IMG/VR virus record: IMGVR_UViG_3300032321_002024
Location: 160,001 to 224,000 of that record
From: a virus
Lineage: Duplodnaviria > Caudoviricetes
DNA length: 64,000 nt
Strand: one strand, 5' to 3'
Shown: in pieces, positions 8,805 to 20,130 of the stretch
Position numbering within the stretch: position 1 is the stretch's first letter
Layout of the letters: each line of letters begins with the position of its first letter
Notes under the pieces: model-generated
What the model was told of the DNA's origin: nothing
The model's input: only the letters and a program-made list of their open reading frames with translations
Database searches by the model: none
Position numbers and translations under genes: made by a program

Positions 8805-11800
8805 TTATAAATTATAATTTTCGTTACTTTTTTTGACATCTTCTGGTTGTCCAAAATTTTCTCTTATAGAGCTTTGTATTGATGGAAAATCAATATTAAA
8901 TCTAGGTTTAGTATTTTGAGTTATAGTTTCCCAGTGATATTGAAAATCCCATGTAGAAGAGAATATAAAGAAATCTCTTGTAGAATATCCAAATTCATCT
9001 AACATAGGATAAACCGATGTTAAATCTTGTTCATTTCTTAACTTTAGTATAGATCCTTTTCTGTTAATTTTCGAAACTTTTCTTTCTTTCATAATGGCAA
9101 ACTCTGTTAGTGATGTATCAAACTTTGTGTTTTCTGATATACCATTTAACTGTTTGTCAAAAAGTTGAATATCATAGAAAGTTGGCATGTAATATCCATT
9201 ATGTCTATAAAGAATATTAGTGGAATAATTTTTAACACCGTGTAAGTTAGCAATTATTTTTCTTGTAATTGAAATTTTTTGTATATCTGCCGCATATGGT
9301 AAATCATTATACCAATTCAATTGACTTAATGTTCTTATATTTCCATTTACTAGTCTTCTTGTAGACTGTAGTTTTTTAGGATTTTCAATTGGAACTACCT
9401 TAATAGAGTTTATTTTTACTCTAAATTCCTCAGGTTCTTCTACTTTCAATAGACAACTTAGATTAGATAAATTATTTTTAAAATTATGTTTAGTAATGGT
9501 ATTATCTTCATTAATTATAACATAAGATATATAATCAGTAAATCCGTATTTATTTGAAATATCATTTATACAGTTAGAAAAATTAACAGCTGTTAGTTTC
9601 TTAAACAACTCTTGATAAATCGAATCTCTATCTGAATTTCTAAGATTTGGCATAGTATTATCAGATATATTTACATTAACTAATATATTTTTCCATTTTT
9701 TATTAACATACACTACTATACCATTGTCTAAAGTAGAATTTGATAAATTGGATTTACACATATAGTAAACATCATTCATTTGAATAATTGGATTGCTAAT
9801 TTTATCATATACAAAATCCGTATCCGGAACTAAACTATATTTTTTATTCCACAGATTTGAGAATCCTGGTTCATCTCCAACTAAAGGAGCTGTCACAGAA
9901 GAACTTACATAAACTATTTCATTATGAACTACCAAACTATTTAAGCCATAAGATACAATTGGATTCCATAGATCAACTGTTTTCCATTTAGGTGTTGTTG
10001 ATGCAGTAGCTGCTTTCCATTTCATTGTTACGGTAAAACCGAGTCCAATTCCATTAAAAGAAAAAGATGGAATTTTAAAATCAGGTGGCCACTCATTGTT
10101 ATTTACATTTGAGATATAGTATTTACCGCGAAATAATACTACATCACTTTGTGTATATCCTGTTGTTGAAGCAAAGCTAGGATTCCAAAAGTCATCTGTT
10201 CCAGTAGAATCATAATAATAATAATCCTCGTTATTAAAAACTACATCACCATTAGAATAAGATGTAAGTGGTGACCAAAATATTGAATTAGTTCCTAATG
10301 GATTAATTGGTGAGTTTTCTAAAAATGACCAATCATTTGAATTATAAGGTGCTGATTTTACACCTAATCCAACATTGGCTTTGGTTGGCTCAGTAGTAAT
10401 TGTCTCAGACTGTGCTTGATAAAGTATATCATTAAATATAATTATAGAACCTGTCGCATATGTTCTATCCATTTCCCACTCTTTAATTATTTCCCACTCC
10501 ATTAGATTTTGAGAATTTTCAAGTTGACCTGAATAGTTCACAGAAGTATCATTATCTGATAATAAAATTGAAAATTTATAACTGTCATATTTATTTGAAT
10601 TTGACAAATTAACCGTGTTTATTTCTCCAGTAGAGTTTACATCTACGCTATTTACATCATACATATAAAATTTTAAACCTCTAAAAACTGTCACATTTGG
10701 CAAAGAAACATCCCCTCTATTAAGTTCAGAATATTTTTTTACATTTTTGATTATATTATTATCATTAAACCTTTGTTTTTGATAAAAGAAATCTGTGAAG
10801 TAATCAGATGAATATGTTGCATAAGAATTTGTTCCAACAGAATATGTTGCTAATCCTAAATACTTATCAAGTTCAAAATTAAAATTGGTATCCAATGAGT
10901 AGTCATCTTTATAACCTTCAATATGAAGACTATGATGAACATAGGAACTAGTTGAAGAGTTAATTGTATAAAAATAATCTAAGTTTCGTTCTATTCTAGA
11001 AGGATTTGGATCAAAGACATTTACTGAACGATTAAAATCTTCAAAAATTGTTGAGTTATTTAAACAATATGGATAGTCATTAGCAGATATTGAATTTTGA
11101 TATGACCATCTACAATATACCGGATTCTTTCTCCAAATATCAGATAGTTCATTATTTGTTACTTTGAAAGTTTCATAACCAGCTGTGTATTCAGATGAAA
11201 CTGGAATATTTACAACTTCTCCTCTGTATATAAAATCATCATAATCTTTTGGATCACCACTTGTTAAGTAATTTTCTAAATAGATTTTTGTCTCATCTGT
11301 TTGTGTTAACTCATCTTCTTTTTGATATTCAAATTTTGAATACTCGGTGTCTAATATTTTTGTATCAAAATCTTTTATATCCGTGAAGTTAACTCTATAA
11401 ATAGTGAATTTTTTTGGTGGATTATCTGAATTAACTGTAAAGTTAACTGTTGTAGTTTCACCAGCAACTTTATAATCATATATATTTTCAAAAAAACTAA
11501 ATGAGTAGTCAGTATTAACTTTTAACTTACCATCTGTGAGTATTAAATTATGATAAATTCCATCAATTTCAATTAACCAAACTGACCAATCTTCAAATCC
11601 ATCAATTGTTAAGTAGTTATTATTATAATCAATTAAGAAATTTTGTGTATCAATTCTACCGTAGTTTAGATTAAGTTGTGATTGCTTACCTGTTAAATCA
11701 ACATCCGCTATTATTCTGTATTTATCTTGACTAACATTGGCGTATTGTTCTACTATTAGTCCACTACTTTCAGGAACAAGTATTAATTGATTTGTTAAAG

Positions 11801-12824
11801 TCTCTAAGAACTTCTCAACTTTGTAATATTCACCATTATACTCTACATAAAATGATCTTTTATCTGAAAATCCTTCAACAAAAGGATCGGTATTTGAAGG
11901 TGAATAAAAAATGTTACCTTCTAATATCTCAACATCATTTCTGAGAAACGGAGTTATGTAAGGAGAGATTGTTCTAACTTTTTCAAGACTATCTACATAA
12001 AGTCCATAATATCTGTTTAAAGACCACTTTCTTTTAATATCTGGATTTGCTGGTTCATCATCAAAAAGAAATGAGAAATTTATAATATTTGAAAATACCA
12101 CTTTATTACTTTTATAAGATTCTAAAATGAATTTTTCAAATTCAAATATTTCTTTTTCCTCTTCCAAGAAATCATCTATAAAAAATGACTTTGATGTATA
12201 GCCACCAGATTCATAATCTATACCATTCCATTTACAAAATTCTAAATCTCTAAAATCCATTTCAAGTGGTGTATCTGGATAGTATTCATTTTTAATAAAG
12301 TTTCTATCTATCCATTGACCAGCACTGGTCGTTAAACTTAAATCAAATATTTTTACAACTTTAAAACTGTTACTTATTTGGTTAATAAAGTTTTCTTTTG
12401 TTAATAAGTCTATTCCAGGACCATCTACTCTAAAAATTATAAAATTTGATGGAATGCGACTTTTATCTAAATAAAGAGGTGCAAAATATTCAAATTCTTC
12501 AGTATAGCTTTTATTAGCAATAATATTTCTAGCACCATATTGATAAATCTCATCATATTGGTCTTTGAAGTCTGTTGACATTGTATCAACATCTCTATCA
12601 TATTTAATCGAGTATGCTATATCAGATGGTGTGTTCTTGAAAAAATAAGGAACTAATTCATCATAATAATTCGATTTATTAAAAGATAGTTTTTGGTATC
12701 TATCTAAAGAAAGTTCAGAGTTTGATTCAATACTTGATAAACTCAAGTTATAAACCGAGTCTATCATAACCTTGACATTAGTAGTCAACCCAACATTGGT
12801 TCTTAATATAGCAAAACTTCTCAT
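8805..12824 (-). CDS. large virion (baseplate/tail-associated) protein with chitin-binding-like repeats
   Basis: 1339 aa; about 4 repeats of W-x5-Y-x2-G/S-D/S-x-V-x-F/H-N/R-x3-Y resembling CBM5/12. Confidence 0.55.
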   Translation of the reverse strand: MRSFAILRTNVGLTTNVKVMIDSVYNLSLSSIESNSELSLDRYQKLSFNKSNYYDELVPYFFKNTPSDIAYSIKYDRDVDTMSTDFKDQYDEIYQYGARNIIANKSYTEEFEYFAPLYLDKSRIPSNFIIFRVDGPGIDLLTKENFINQISNSFKVVKIFDLSLTTSAGQWIDRNFIKNEYYPDTPLEMDFRDLEFCKWNGIDYESGGYTSKSFFIDDFLEEEKEIFEFEKFILESYKSNKVVFSNIINFSFLFDDEPANPDIKRKWSLNRYYGLYVDSLEKVRTISPYITPFLRNDVEILEGNIFYSPSNTDPFVEGFSDKRSFYVEYNGEYYKVEKFLETLTNQLILVPESSGLIVEQYANVSQDKYRIIADVDLTGKQSQLNLNYGRIDTQNFLIDYNNNYLTIDGFEDWSVWLIEIDGIYHNLILTDGKLKVNTDYSFSFFENIYDYKVAGETTTVNFTVNSDNPPKKFTIYRVNFTDIKDFDTKILDTEYSKFEYQKEDELTQTDETKIYLENYLTSGDPKDYDDFIYRGEVVNIPVSSEYTAGYETFKVTNNELSDIWRKNPVYCRWSYQNSISANDYPYCLNNSTIFEDFNRSVNVFDPNPSRIERNLDYFYTINSSTSSYVHHSLHIEGYKDDYSLDTNFNFELDKYLGLATYSVGTNSYATYSSDYFTDFFYQKQRFNDNNIIKNVKKYSELNRGDVSLPNVTVFRGLKFYMYDVNSVDVNSTGEINTVNLSNSNKYDSYKFSILLSDNDTSVNYSGQLENSQNLMEWEIIKEWEMDRTYATGSIIIFNDILYQAQSETITTEPTKANVGLGVKSAPYNSNDWSFLENSPINPLGTNSIFWSPLTSYSNGDVVFNNEDYYYYDSTGTDDFWNPSFASTTGYTQSDVVLFRGKYYISNVNNNEWPPDFKIPSFSFNGIGLGFTVTMKWKAATASTTPKWKTVDLWNPIVSYGLNSLVVHNEIVYVSSSVTAPLVGDEPGFSNLWNKKYSLVPDTDFVYDKISNPIIQMNDVYYMCKSNLSNSTLDNGIVVYVNKKWKNILVNVNISDNTMPNLRNSDRDSIYQELFKKLTAVNFSNCINDISNKYGFTDYISYVIINEDNTITKHNFKNNLSNLSCLLKVEEPEEFRVKINSIKVVPIENPKKLQSTRRLVNGNIRTLSQLNWYNDLPYAADIQKISITRKIIANLHGVKNYSTNILYRHNGYYMPTFYDIQLFDKQLNGISENTKFDTSLTEFAIMKERKVSKINRKGSILKLRNEQDLTSVYPMLDEFGYSTRDFFIFSSTWDFQYHWETITQNTKPRFNIDFPSIQSSIRENFGQPEDVKKSNENYNL

Positions 12825-15800
12825 TATTTAATTTGTGTATTTAATGCCGGTGTAATCTTTTTAAGTATAACTTTATTTCTATTGATATTAAATTTCAAAC
12901 TAAATGTAAATGGTCTGTTTTCAGCCTCATTTTCTAAGAAAAATTTAACCTTCTTAATATGTTTTACAGTTTTATTTGAATTATTCAAATTAACATACTG
13001 ATAGTTAAGACCTTGTTGATTGGTATCCAATGCATTCAATTTAAAATAAATATTAATTGGAATAACTATATCATTCTGGTCACCAGAATTAACAGTTTTA
13101 ACTTTATCACTATTTGTTTCAGTTATTTTTTCTAAGTCTTGAACTACTGGATGAATACTCGTTAACAATTTTGTTGTAGAAGCCACTGATGTTGAATTAT
13201 CAATCCATTTAACTGGTTCGAGTAAAGATAAGTTGTTACCAATAAAGTTCAAAACAGTTGTTTCATTGTATCCAACATTGAATTCATTTGAACTCAAAAC
13301 TCCAGTAATTGAGTTATTTGTTGTAAAGTTGTTACCAATGTTTTCAGATAATTTTGTCACACTGCTATCCGAAACCGAATCATAATTAACAGACCAAGCA
13401 AATTGATAGTTAATTTGTGTCTTAGTAGAACCAGAGACATCAGAGGTCATTAATTCATCTTTCTCATTAACCCAGAAAGATTGAGGAACAGATGTATTAT
13501 AAACCGCTGAGTTTTGAAGATAAGTTCTATTGGATAATAGTCCAAGAGGTGAAGTAGATTTGTTTTTAATTCTAACAACAAAGTCTTTAATTACATAAAT
13601 ATTATTTTCATAAACTCTACCCGTTGGAATACCTTGAGCAGTGAATGATTCTAAGTAATCTTCACATTCTACATTAAACACGGTTTCTGATCCATTTGTA
13701 ATTATAAATTCTTGATTATTTCTAAATACAATAACTTCAAGTTCACCTTTAACTCTATTAATTCTATCTTCTAAACTTTTTATTCTATTTTGTAAAGCCT
13801 GAAGATATTCATAAAGGTCTAAAGCTGCTCCATTTTCATCTTTGAATCCTGATAAAACCGATGCTGAATCATGATGATAAACTTTTCCATCGATAGTTAA
13901 TTGATCAGAAAGGTGTTCATCTAAACCTTTAGCTGAAAGTTCATTTGCCATATTTACCTTTAGCTCTTCTTTAGTTGCTGACTGTAATATAGCATTGATA
14001 TCATTTTCTTGATATACATTATTTAAATCATCTGGGAATTCAATTGTTAATATTTCAGAAAATTCTGATTCTACTGGTGAATCTGGCCAACCAACTTCAG
14101 AAATAGCAGCAACTCTAAATTGAACTGACTCATTTTGTTGAATTGAGATATCAATTTGATTGATATTTGGTGTATCAGCATCTGCCACATTTTCTATTTG
14201 CCAACTGTATTCTCCAGTTGTTGCATTAAAAACTCTTTTTCTCGCATCAGTTTTGAATTCCACCCAGTTAGAAAAACTAGCTTTATTATTTGCGTTATCT
14301 ACTTGGAACGTTTCGACTGGTGTTTCTTTCCCATCTTTTGAGACATATTTATATTGAACTCTAAATTGAACTATTTCTTGTGGTTTAGTTCCTCTAGTTG
14401 CTACCGCCTCTGGTATCGACCAGAATCCTCTCATTCTGAATTTTGGCTCTACTTTTGAGTTTGGATTATTTGAAATATTGATAATTTCCTGAGCTATTGT
14501 GGATAATTGCTTTGCCTTACTTTCTCTTTTTAATTGCAAATCATCAAGTTCAATATCGAATTTCTTTTTTTCAGAAATTGATTTGAATTTACTAACTTTT
14601 AATTTCTTACCCCTATCTGAAATTGCATTTTGAATTTGTTCAATCTCTGATTTTATATTAAGTTGTATATTGTGCTTTTGTTTAATTAAATTAGCATCTG
14701 GTGTATCAGTTAAATGTTGATTAATCTGAACTACTTTAAAGTTATCCGTATTTAACGTAACTGGATTAGGTGTTCCTGCTAAAGTATTTGGTATTTTTTT
14801 AGCAACTAAATCTTTAAGAACGGTTCCATAATCGTAAACATAATCAATATAAAACTGTTGAAGTGATGTTCCATTTGCAGATGACGAATCTTCTAACAAC
14901 AAATCATTTGTATAGAAAGCAGTTCCACTACTCCAATTTTTAGCAACTATGTTTGTTTCTGCGTTAACTGGTTTTAAGAAGACTACGTTTCTCTCATCAT
15001 ATCCAATACTAATTCTGACTTTTTTAGCAAAAGACACTGGAGAATATATTTTCAAAGTTCCTATTCCAGTAGTTATCGGATCAAATCCATCAATTCTCTC
15101 CATTCTCAATCCAAAACCACTATTAGTATTGATTTCTAAAATTTTATATCTAGTAGCTGCTTTTACATTTTGACCAAATGTATTAATAACCATTTCATCT
15201 CCTATGGCTAAAGTTCTTTGTGAATTATTTTGAATATCTCTATATTCAAGTTTATCTACTTTAATGAATAGTTTTCTATTAATTTTGTCTTCCTCAAATT
15301 GAAGCACATTAAATAATCCATCATATAATAAACTATTTGCTTCACAATCAAACATTTGTTCATCATATCTTGGATTATTAGGTTCCATTACACCAGGTGT
15401 TGTTGTGTGCCAATTTAAAAAGTTATTTAAACTACCCGCTCCAGTTGCTTTACCCACAAAATTATCATTAAATGAGTTAAGTGCTGATTGGCCTAAAGTT
15501 GTAAGTGTTCCATCTGCATTTTTCGCAAAATCAACAATATATCTTCTTGACTGAATTTTTCTGACACTATCTTCAACACCTGCTAAGTCAAATTCAACTG
15601 AAAGTAGTGGATTTAATAATGAGTCAAAAAACCAGTTTGGAGATTGTTTAAACTTAGCAACTGATGAAATTATTCCTAAATCTTGTGGCTCTCTATTTAA
15701 ATCTACAGTAATTATCTTTTTAAAGTTGTTTGATCCTTCGGTTCTTATCAAAGATCCTGATCCATCTATTGAATATAAAGATCTAATATTAGTGTCTAGT

Positions 15801-16012
15801 CTTTGAAGTTCTTTTTGTATACCTAATAATGAAGGCATCGTATATGATTTAGAAGCACCATTCTCATCAGCAACTGTAAAACTTATCGTTGTATCCTGGG
15901 TTTCGGTAATTTTTGATAAATTTGTTAAAATATCAACGACATTTTTATTATAATTTATTATTTGTTCTGCTACCTTAGGAAATGAACTTTGAACTGTAGA
16001 ATATGTAGCCAT
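12824..16012 (-). CDS. large virion structural protein with coiled coils and FN3-like segment
   Basis: 1062 aa; TAATATATA late motif upstream; QFRVAAISEVGW...SEFSE FN3-like strand. Confidence 0.55.
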   Translation of the reverse strand: MATYSTVQSSFPKVAEQIINYNKNVVDILTNLSKITETQDTTISFTVADENGASKSYTMPSLLGIQKELQRLDTNIRSLYSIDGSGSLIRTEGSNNFKKIITVDLNREPQDLGIISSVAKFKQSPNWFFDSLLNPLLSVEFDLAGVEDSVRKIQSRRYIVDFAKNADGTLTTLGQSALNSFNDNFVGKATGAGSLNNFLNWHTTTPGVMEPNNPRYDEQMFDCEANSLLYDGLFNVLQFEEDKINRKLFIKVDKLEYRDIQNNSQRTLAIGDEMVINTFGQNVKAATRYKILEINTNSGFGLRMERIDGFDPITTGIGTLKIYSPVSFAKKVRISIGYDERNVVFLKPVNAETNIVAKNWSSGTAFYTNDLLLEDSSSANGTSLQQFYIDYVYDYGTVLKDLVAKKIPNTLAGTPNPVTLNTDNFKVVQINQHLTDTPDANLIKQKHNIQLNIKSEIEQIQNAISDRGKKLKVSKFKSISEKKKFDIELDDLQLKRESKAKQLSTIAQEIINISNNPNSKVEPKFRMRGFWSIPEAVATRGTKPQEIVQFRVQYKYVSKDGKETPVETFQVDNANNKASFSNWVEFKTDARKRVFNATTGEYSWQIENVADADTPNINQIDISIQQNESVQFRVAAISEVGWPDSPVESEFSEILTIEFPDDLNNVYQENDINAILQSATKEELKVNMANELSAKGLDEHLSDQLTIDGKVYHHDSASVLSGFKDENGAALDLYEYLQALQNRIKSLEDRINRVKGELEVIVFRNNQEFIITNGSETVFNVECEDYLESFTAQGIPTGRVYENNIYVIKDFVVRIKNKSTSPLGLLSNRTYLQNSAVYNTSVPQSFWVNEKDELMTSDVSGSTKTQINYQFAWSVNYDSVSDSSVTKLSENIGNNFTTNNSITGVLSSNEFNVGYNETTVLNFIGNNLSLLEPVKWIDNSTSVASTTKLLTSIHPVVQDLEKITETNSDKVKTVNSGDQNDIVIPINIYFKLNALDTNQQGLNYQYVNLNNSNKTVKHIKKVKFFLENEAENRPFTFSLKFNINRNKVILKKITPALNTQIK

Positions 16013-16033
16013 TTTTAAATTTTGATTTTTTGT

Positions 16034-16042
16034 TATATATTA
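16034..16042 (-). promoter_or_regulatory. putative phage late promoter TAATATATA
   Basis: Recurrent motif upstream of structural and CTS-bearing genes. Confidence 0.6.
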
Positions 16043-16093
16043 ATTTTTAGTTATTTCTTTGATGTTTGTTCTTTATTTTTTATATTTGTGATT

Positions 16094-16330
16094 ATGAAGA
16101 TATTTACAGTTACATTTAATGATGGTGGTTGGTATAGTAATAGACCCGATTATAAGGTAGTTGCTGAAGACGTTAAACAAGCAATTGAAAAGGTTTTAGT
16201 TGAGAATCCTCAATATAGAAGTGGATATGACGCTTGGGCTACTGAATTTAAAATTCCAGGTTATGTTATTGAAGTTTATAATGAAGTATCGTATAATCGA
16301 GAAAAGAATCTGGAAAATCTTGATATTTAA
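16094..16330 (+). CDS. hypothetical protein with C-terminal REKNLENL motif
   Basis: ATG 16094 just after a TATATTTG -7 element. Confidence 0.65.
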   Translation: MKIFTVTFNDGGWYSNRPDYKVVAEDVKQAIEKVLVENPQYRSGYDAWATEFKIPGYVIEVYNEVSYNREKNLENLDI

Positions 16331-16354
16331 TAATAATTTAACTATATTTGTATT

Positions 16355-18175
16355 ATGATTAACGAACTAAAAGAAAAAATTGTAAAAGCCAACGAAGCTT
16401 ATAGAATTGGAGAACCAATAATGTCTGATAAAGATTATGACCAATTAGTTGAAGAATTAGAATTACTATCACCTAATGATGATGTTCTCACTAAAGTAGG
16501 TCATGTGGTTGCTGATGAAACTCGTAAATCAAAGTTACCAATTGAAATGGCTTCGATGAATAAAATTAAATCGATGAATGATATTAACGATTGGTGTCGT
16601 CTAAAAAATATAACATCACACAATTTCGTTATTATCACTCCTAAGTATGATGGTCTTTCATTATGTGTCAATGAAACTACGTCAGAAGCTTTTACTCGTG
16701 GTGATGGAACATACGGTCAAAAATCAAACGAACACTATTCTCGCATCGGTAATCACTTATCAGGAACTAATTTTTCTTTCACTTATGGTGAGGTTATGAT
16801 GTCAAAGAAAACTTTTTTAGAAAAGTATTCAAGTGATTTTGCAAACCCTCGTAATTTAGTTGCTGGTCTTCTTAATTCCAAAGAAGCAACTGATGCTTTA
16901 AAAGATTGTGATTATATTAAATATGGAGCGATTCAATCAAGAAATATGTTCCAGTCAAAAAAACAAATTTTAGATGAACTTAACTCTGGTCAAAGTGTTA
17001 AAGTTTCTTACCATATCTGTAGAATTTCTGATATTACAGAAGAACTACTTATTAATCTTTTCCATGAGTATTCTATCGATTATGAAATTGATGGTCTAAT
17101 TATTGAGATTAATGACCTTAATACTCAAATTACTTTAGGTCGCGAAACATCTTCAAATAATCCTGTATGGGCAAGAGCATTCAAACACCCTTCTTTTGAG
17201 CAATCTGCTGAAACTGAAATCATTGGCATCTCTTGGAATATTTCTAAACAAGGATATCTTAAACCTACTTTGCATATTAGTCCTGTTAAATTAGACGGTG
17301 TTACTGTTTCTAATGTAACTGGTAACAACGCTCGTTTTGTAAAAGATATGGGTATTGGTGTTGGTGCAAAAGTTATTGTAAAACGAAGTGGAATGGTTAT
17401 TCCAATCATTGCTGATGTTATTGAGACAGTTGAATTCCAAATGCCGGATGTTGATAATATTGATTGGAATGAAAATGGTGTTGAACTGATTACTTTAACT
17501 GAAACAGACGACCAAAAATTGAAAAAGAATATTTCTTTCTTTGAAATCTTAGAAGCGGATAATGTTTCTGAAGGTGTTATCACTCAATTGTGGGATGCTG
17601 GTTATAAAACTATTTCTGATATCTTAAATTTGACAACATCAGACTTAGAGAAAATTGACCGATTTGGAAAACGAAAAGCAAAGATTGTTTTTGACTCTAT
17701 TCAGAAATCAGTTACTAATGTTAGCTTGTCTAAACTACAACACGCTACCGGCATCTTTAAAGGATTGGGTTCTAAGAAATTAGTTCTTTTAGAAGACTTT
17801 ACAACTAAACCAACTATTGACCAAGTAATGGCAATTGAAGGATTTGCTGAAGTATCTGCTAAATCATACATTGACTCATATGATATTTACTTTGACTTTG
17901 TTAAAGACTTACCTGTAACTATCTCTGAAAAAGTAGAAGTTGTTAAAACTGGAAGTGACTTAGATGGTAAACAATTTGTTTTCACTGGTGTTCGTAGACC
18001 GGACTTAGAATCTGTGATTGAATCTCGTGGTGGAAAAATCAGCAGCGGTGTTTCTAAAAACACAACACACTTAGTTATGAAATCAGTTGGTAGTGGTTCA
18101 TCTAAAGAGAAGAAGGCTATTGAATTAGGAGTTGAAGTTATTACAGTTGAACAATTAGAAGATTTGTTGAAATAA
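16355..18175 (+). CDS. ligA: NAD-dependent DNA ligase
   Basis: KYDG adenylation motif, TRGDG, NPRN, IDGL, HhH repeats, C-terminal BRCT. Confidence 0.95.
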   Translation: MINELKEKIVKANEAYRIGEPIMSDKDYDQLVEELELLSPNDDVLTKVGHVVADETRKSKLPIEMASMNKIKSMNDINDWCRLKNITSHNFVIITPKYDGLSLCVNETTSEAFTRGDGTYGQKSNEHYSRIGNHLSGTNFSFTYGEVMMSKKTFLEKYSSDFANPRNLVAGLLNSKEATDALKDCDYIKYGAIQSRNMFQSKKQILDELNSGQSVKVSYHICRISDITEELLINLFHEYSIDYEIDGLIIEINDLNTQITLGRETSSNNPVWARAFKHPSFEQSAETEIIGISWNISKQGYLKPTLHISPVKLDGVTVSNVTGNNARFVKDMGIGVGAKVIVKRSGMVIPIIADVIETVEFQMPDVDNIDWNENGVELITLTETDDQKLKKNISFFEILEADNVSEGVITQLWDAGYKTISDILNLTTSDLEKIDRFGKRKAKIVFDSIQKSVTNVSLSKLQHATGIFKGLGSKKLVLLEDFTTKPTIDQVMAIEGFAEVSAKSYIDSYDIYFDFVKDLPVTISEKVEVVKTGSDLDGKQFVFTGVRRPDLESVIESRGGKISSGVSKNTTHLVMKSVGSGSSKEKKAIELGVEVITVEQLEDLLK

Positions 18176-18324
18176 TGAAAACACTAGATGAAATAGAGAC
18201 TGACTATGTTAATAATATCATTGAGTTCTTTTGCAAAGAAATGCCAACTCATCATATATCAGTATTAATTGATAGAAAAGGTATTTCTAGTTTTTACGAA
18301 TTAAAATATAAAGTATAAATAAAT

Positions 18325-18828
18325 ATGGGTTGTGATATACATTTTTATGTAGAAAGGTGGACTTCATCAAATAACTATGGTGGACCAAGAGACCTATCTG
18401 AAGATAGGGAACAAAAATTAAGTGAAGTTTTAGAAGACGTTCCAACTAAATTTAGATGGGTATCTGCTGACAAATGGCAAATTGAAGATGGTGAATGGCA
18501 AATCGATTGGAATGATGAATATTATGGTGATAGAAATTACTATATTTTTGGTATCTTAGCGGATGTAAGAAATGATGGTGGTGTAGAACCTATTAATTAC
18601 CCGAAAGGTATCCCAGATGATGCTTCAACTGGTTACCTTTATAAGTGTGATCAATGGGATAGTGATGCTCACTCACACTCTTACTTTACTTTAGATGAAT
18701 TATTAAATGTTGATTGGTCTGAATATGAACCAGGATACATTAGTGATTTTATGGAAGCTTTAGAAAAAATGAAAGAGATTGATAATGATCCTCTTAATGT
18801 AAGATGTTGCTTCTTTTTTGATAATTAA
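18325..18828 (+). CDS. conserved phage protein (MGCDIH...FFDN family)
   Basis: 167 aa; MGCDIH, RNYYIFG.LA.VR, HSHS, FDN motifs. Confidence 0.7.
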   Translation: MGCDIHFYVERWTSSNNYGGPRDLSEDREQKLSEVLEDVPTKFRWVSADKWQIEDGEWQIDWNDEYYGDRNYYIFGILADVRNDGGVEPINYPKGIPDDASTGYLYKCDQWDSDAHSHSYFTLDELLNVDWSEYEPGYISDFMEALEKMKEIDNDPLNVRCCFFFDN

Positions 18829-18842
18829 TTACATTGGAAAAT

Positions 18843-18868
18843 AAACTTTTTGGATATATACAATATAA
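18843..18868 (+). promoter_or_regulatory. candidate ECF-sigma promoter AAACTT-N13-AATATAA
   Basis: Bipartite motif recurring upstream of several genes, here upstream of the sigma gene itself. Confidence 0.45.
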
Positions 18869-18925
18869 ATATAATATAAACGGCAAATTAACGGCGATGG
18901 CGGCTTACAGTCAATTTAAAAATTA

Positions 18926-19534
18926 ATGGCAATTATGGAATCAAAAATGAAATCATTTTCTGAACAGGAAAAACTATTCAGAGAAAAAACAGGGAAAGAA
19001 TTTACACAACTTTATTCTAAGTATTATCCCAAATTAATCTACTTTACAAATCGTATTTGTAATGACTCTCAAAAAGCAGAGGATTTATCGACAGACTCTT
19101 TTATGATAGCACTCGATAAAATTGAAAAATACGACAAAGACAAATCACAGTTTTCAACTTGGCTATTTACAATAGCTAAAAATCTTACTCTTCAAGACTT
19201 AAAGATTGAAAAAAGATCTATCTCATTGGATATTGAATTTGATGATGAAGGAACAACAATGAAAGACTTTATCACAGAAGAAGAGTCTGATATACATCTT
19301 CAGTCTGTCTCAACAATGAAGGCAGAAATTATGAAGAAACATATGGATACTTTAAAAGAACCATATAAAACAGTAATCGAAATGAGAGAAATTAAAAAGA
19401 TGGCTTATAAAGATATAGCCGACCAATTAGGTAAAAACCTCTCAACAATCAAATCACAAATTAGAAACGGAAGACACATTTTAATATCTCAAAGTAAAAA
19501 AGAATTTGATGATATTGATGAAATGTATATGTAA
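18926..19534 (+). CDS. ECF-type RNA polymerase sigma-70 factor
   Basis: Region 2 (AEDLSTDSF..FSTWLFTIAKN) and region 4 HTH (YKDIADQLGKNLSTIKSQIRNGR). Confidence 0.9.
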   Translation: MAIMESKMKSFSEQEKLFREKTGKEFTQLYSKYYPKLIYFTNRICNDSQKAEDLSTDSFMIALDKIEKYDKDKSQFSTWLFTIAKNLTLQDLKIEKRSISLDIEFDDEGTTMKDFITEEESDIHLQSVSTMKAEIMKKHMDTLKEPYKTVIEMREIKKMAYKDIADQLGKNLSTIKSQIRNGRHILISQSKKEFDDIDEMYM

Positions 19535-19558
19535 TTTTAACAACTAAATTTTATAAAA

Positions 19559-20125
19559 ATGGCAGAAAATCTACCCCTCCCCAAAAAACGCGACTTGTTT
19601 TTTACTAAACAAGTCGACCAATCATCTATTGGTGAATTAACTCAAAAAGTAATTGAGATAAACCAGGATGATGAACATTTAAAGAAAGTGTATTCTATTT
19701 ACAATTTAGAATATAAACCAGAACCAATTATCATTTATATTGACTCTTATGGTGGTCAAGTTTATCAATGTTTTGGATTACTTTCTGTTATTGAACGAAG
19801 TGCAACTCCTGTTCATACTATTGTTACAGGGTGTGCTATGAGTTGTGGATTTCTTTTACTTCTTTCTGGTCACAAACGATTTGCTCACAAAATGTCTACA
19901 CCACTTTATCACCAAGTTTCAACTGGATTCTGGGGTAAAGTTCAAGATATGGAAGAAAAGTTAGAAGAAACAAAAAGACTTCAAAAACAAATTGAAGATT
20001 ACACCACCGAAAGAACAAAAATCGGTAAAAAGAAACTAAAAGAAATTTTAGAGAATAAGAAAGACTGGTATATGTCTTCTGAAGAAGCTTTAGAATTAGG
20101 AGTTGTTGATGAAATTTTAAAATAA
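19559..20125 (+). CDS. clpP: ClpP-family protease
   Basis: IYIDSYGG, GCAMSCG (catalytic Ser), YHQ, DWYMSSEEALELGVVD. Confidence 0.85.
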   Translation: MAENLPLPKKRDLFFTKQVDQSSIGELTQKVIEINQDDEHLKKVYSIYNLEYKPEPIIIYIDSYGGQVYQCFGLLSVIERSATPVHTIVTGCAMSCGFLLLLSGHKRFAHKMSTPLYHQVSTGFWGKVQDMEEKLEETKRLQKQIEDYTTERTKIGKKKLKEILENKKDWYMSSEEALELGVVDEILK

Positions 20126-20130
20126 AAAAT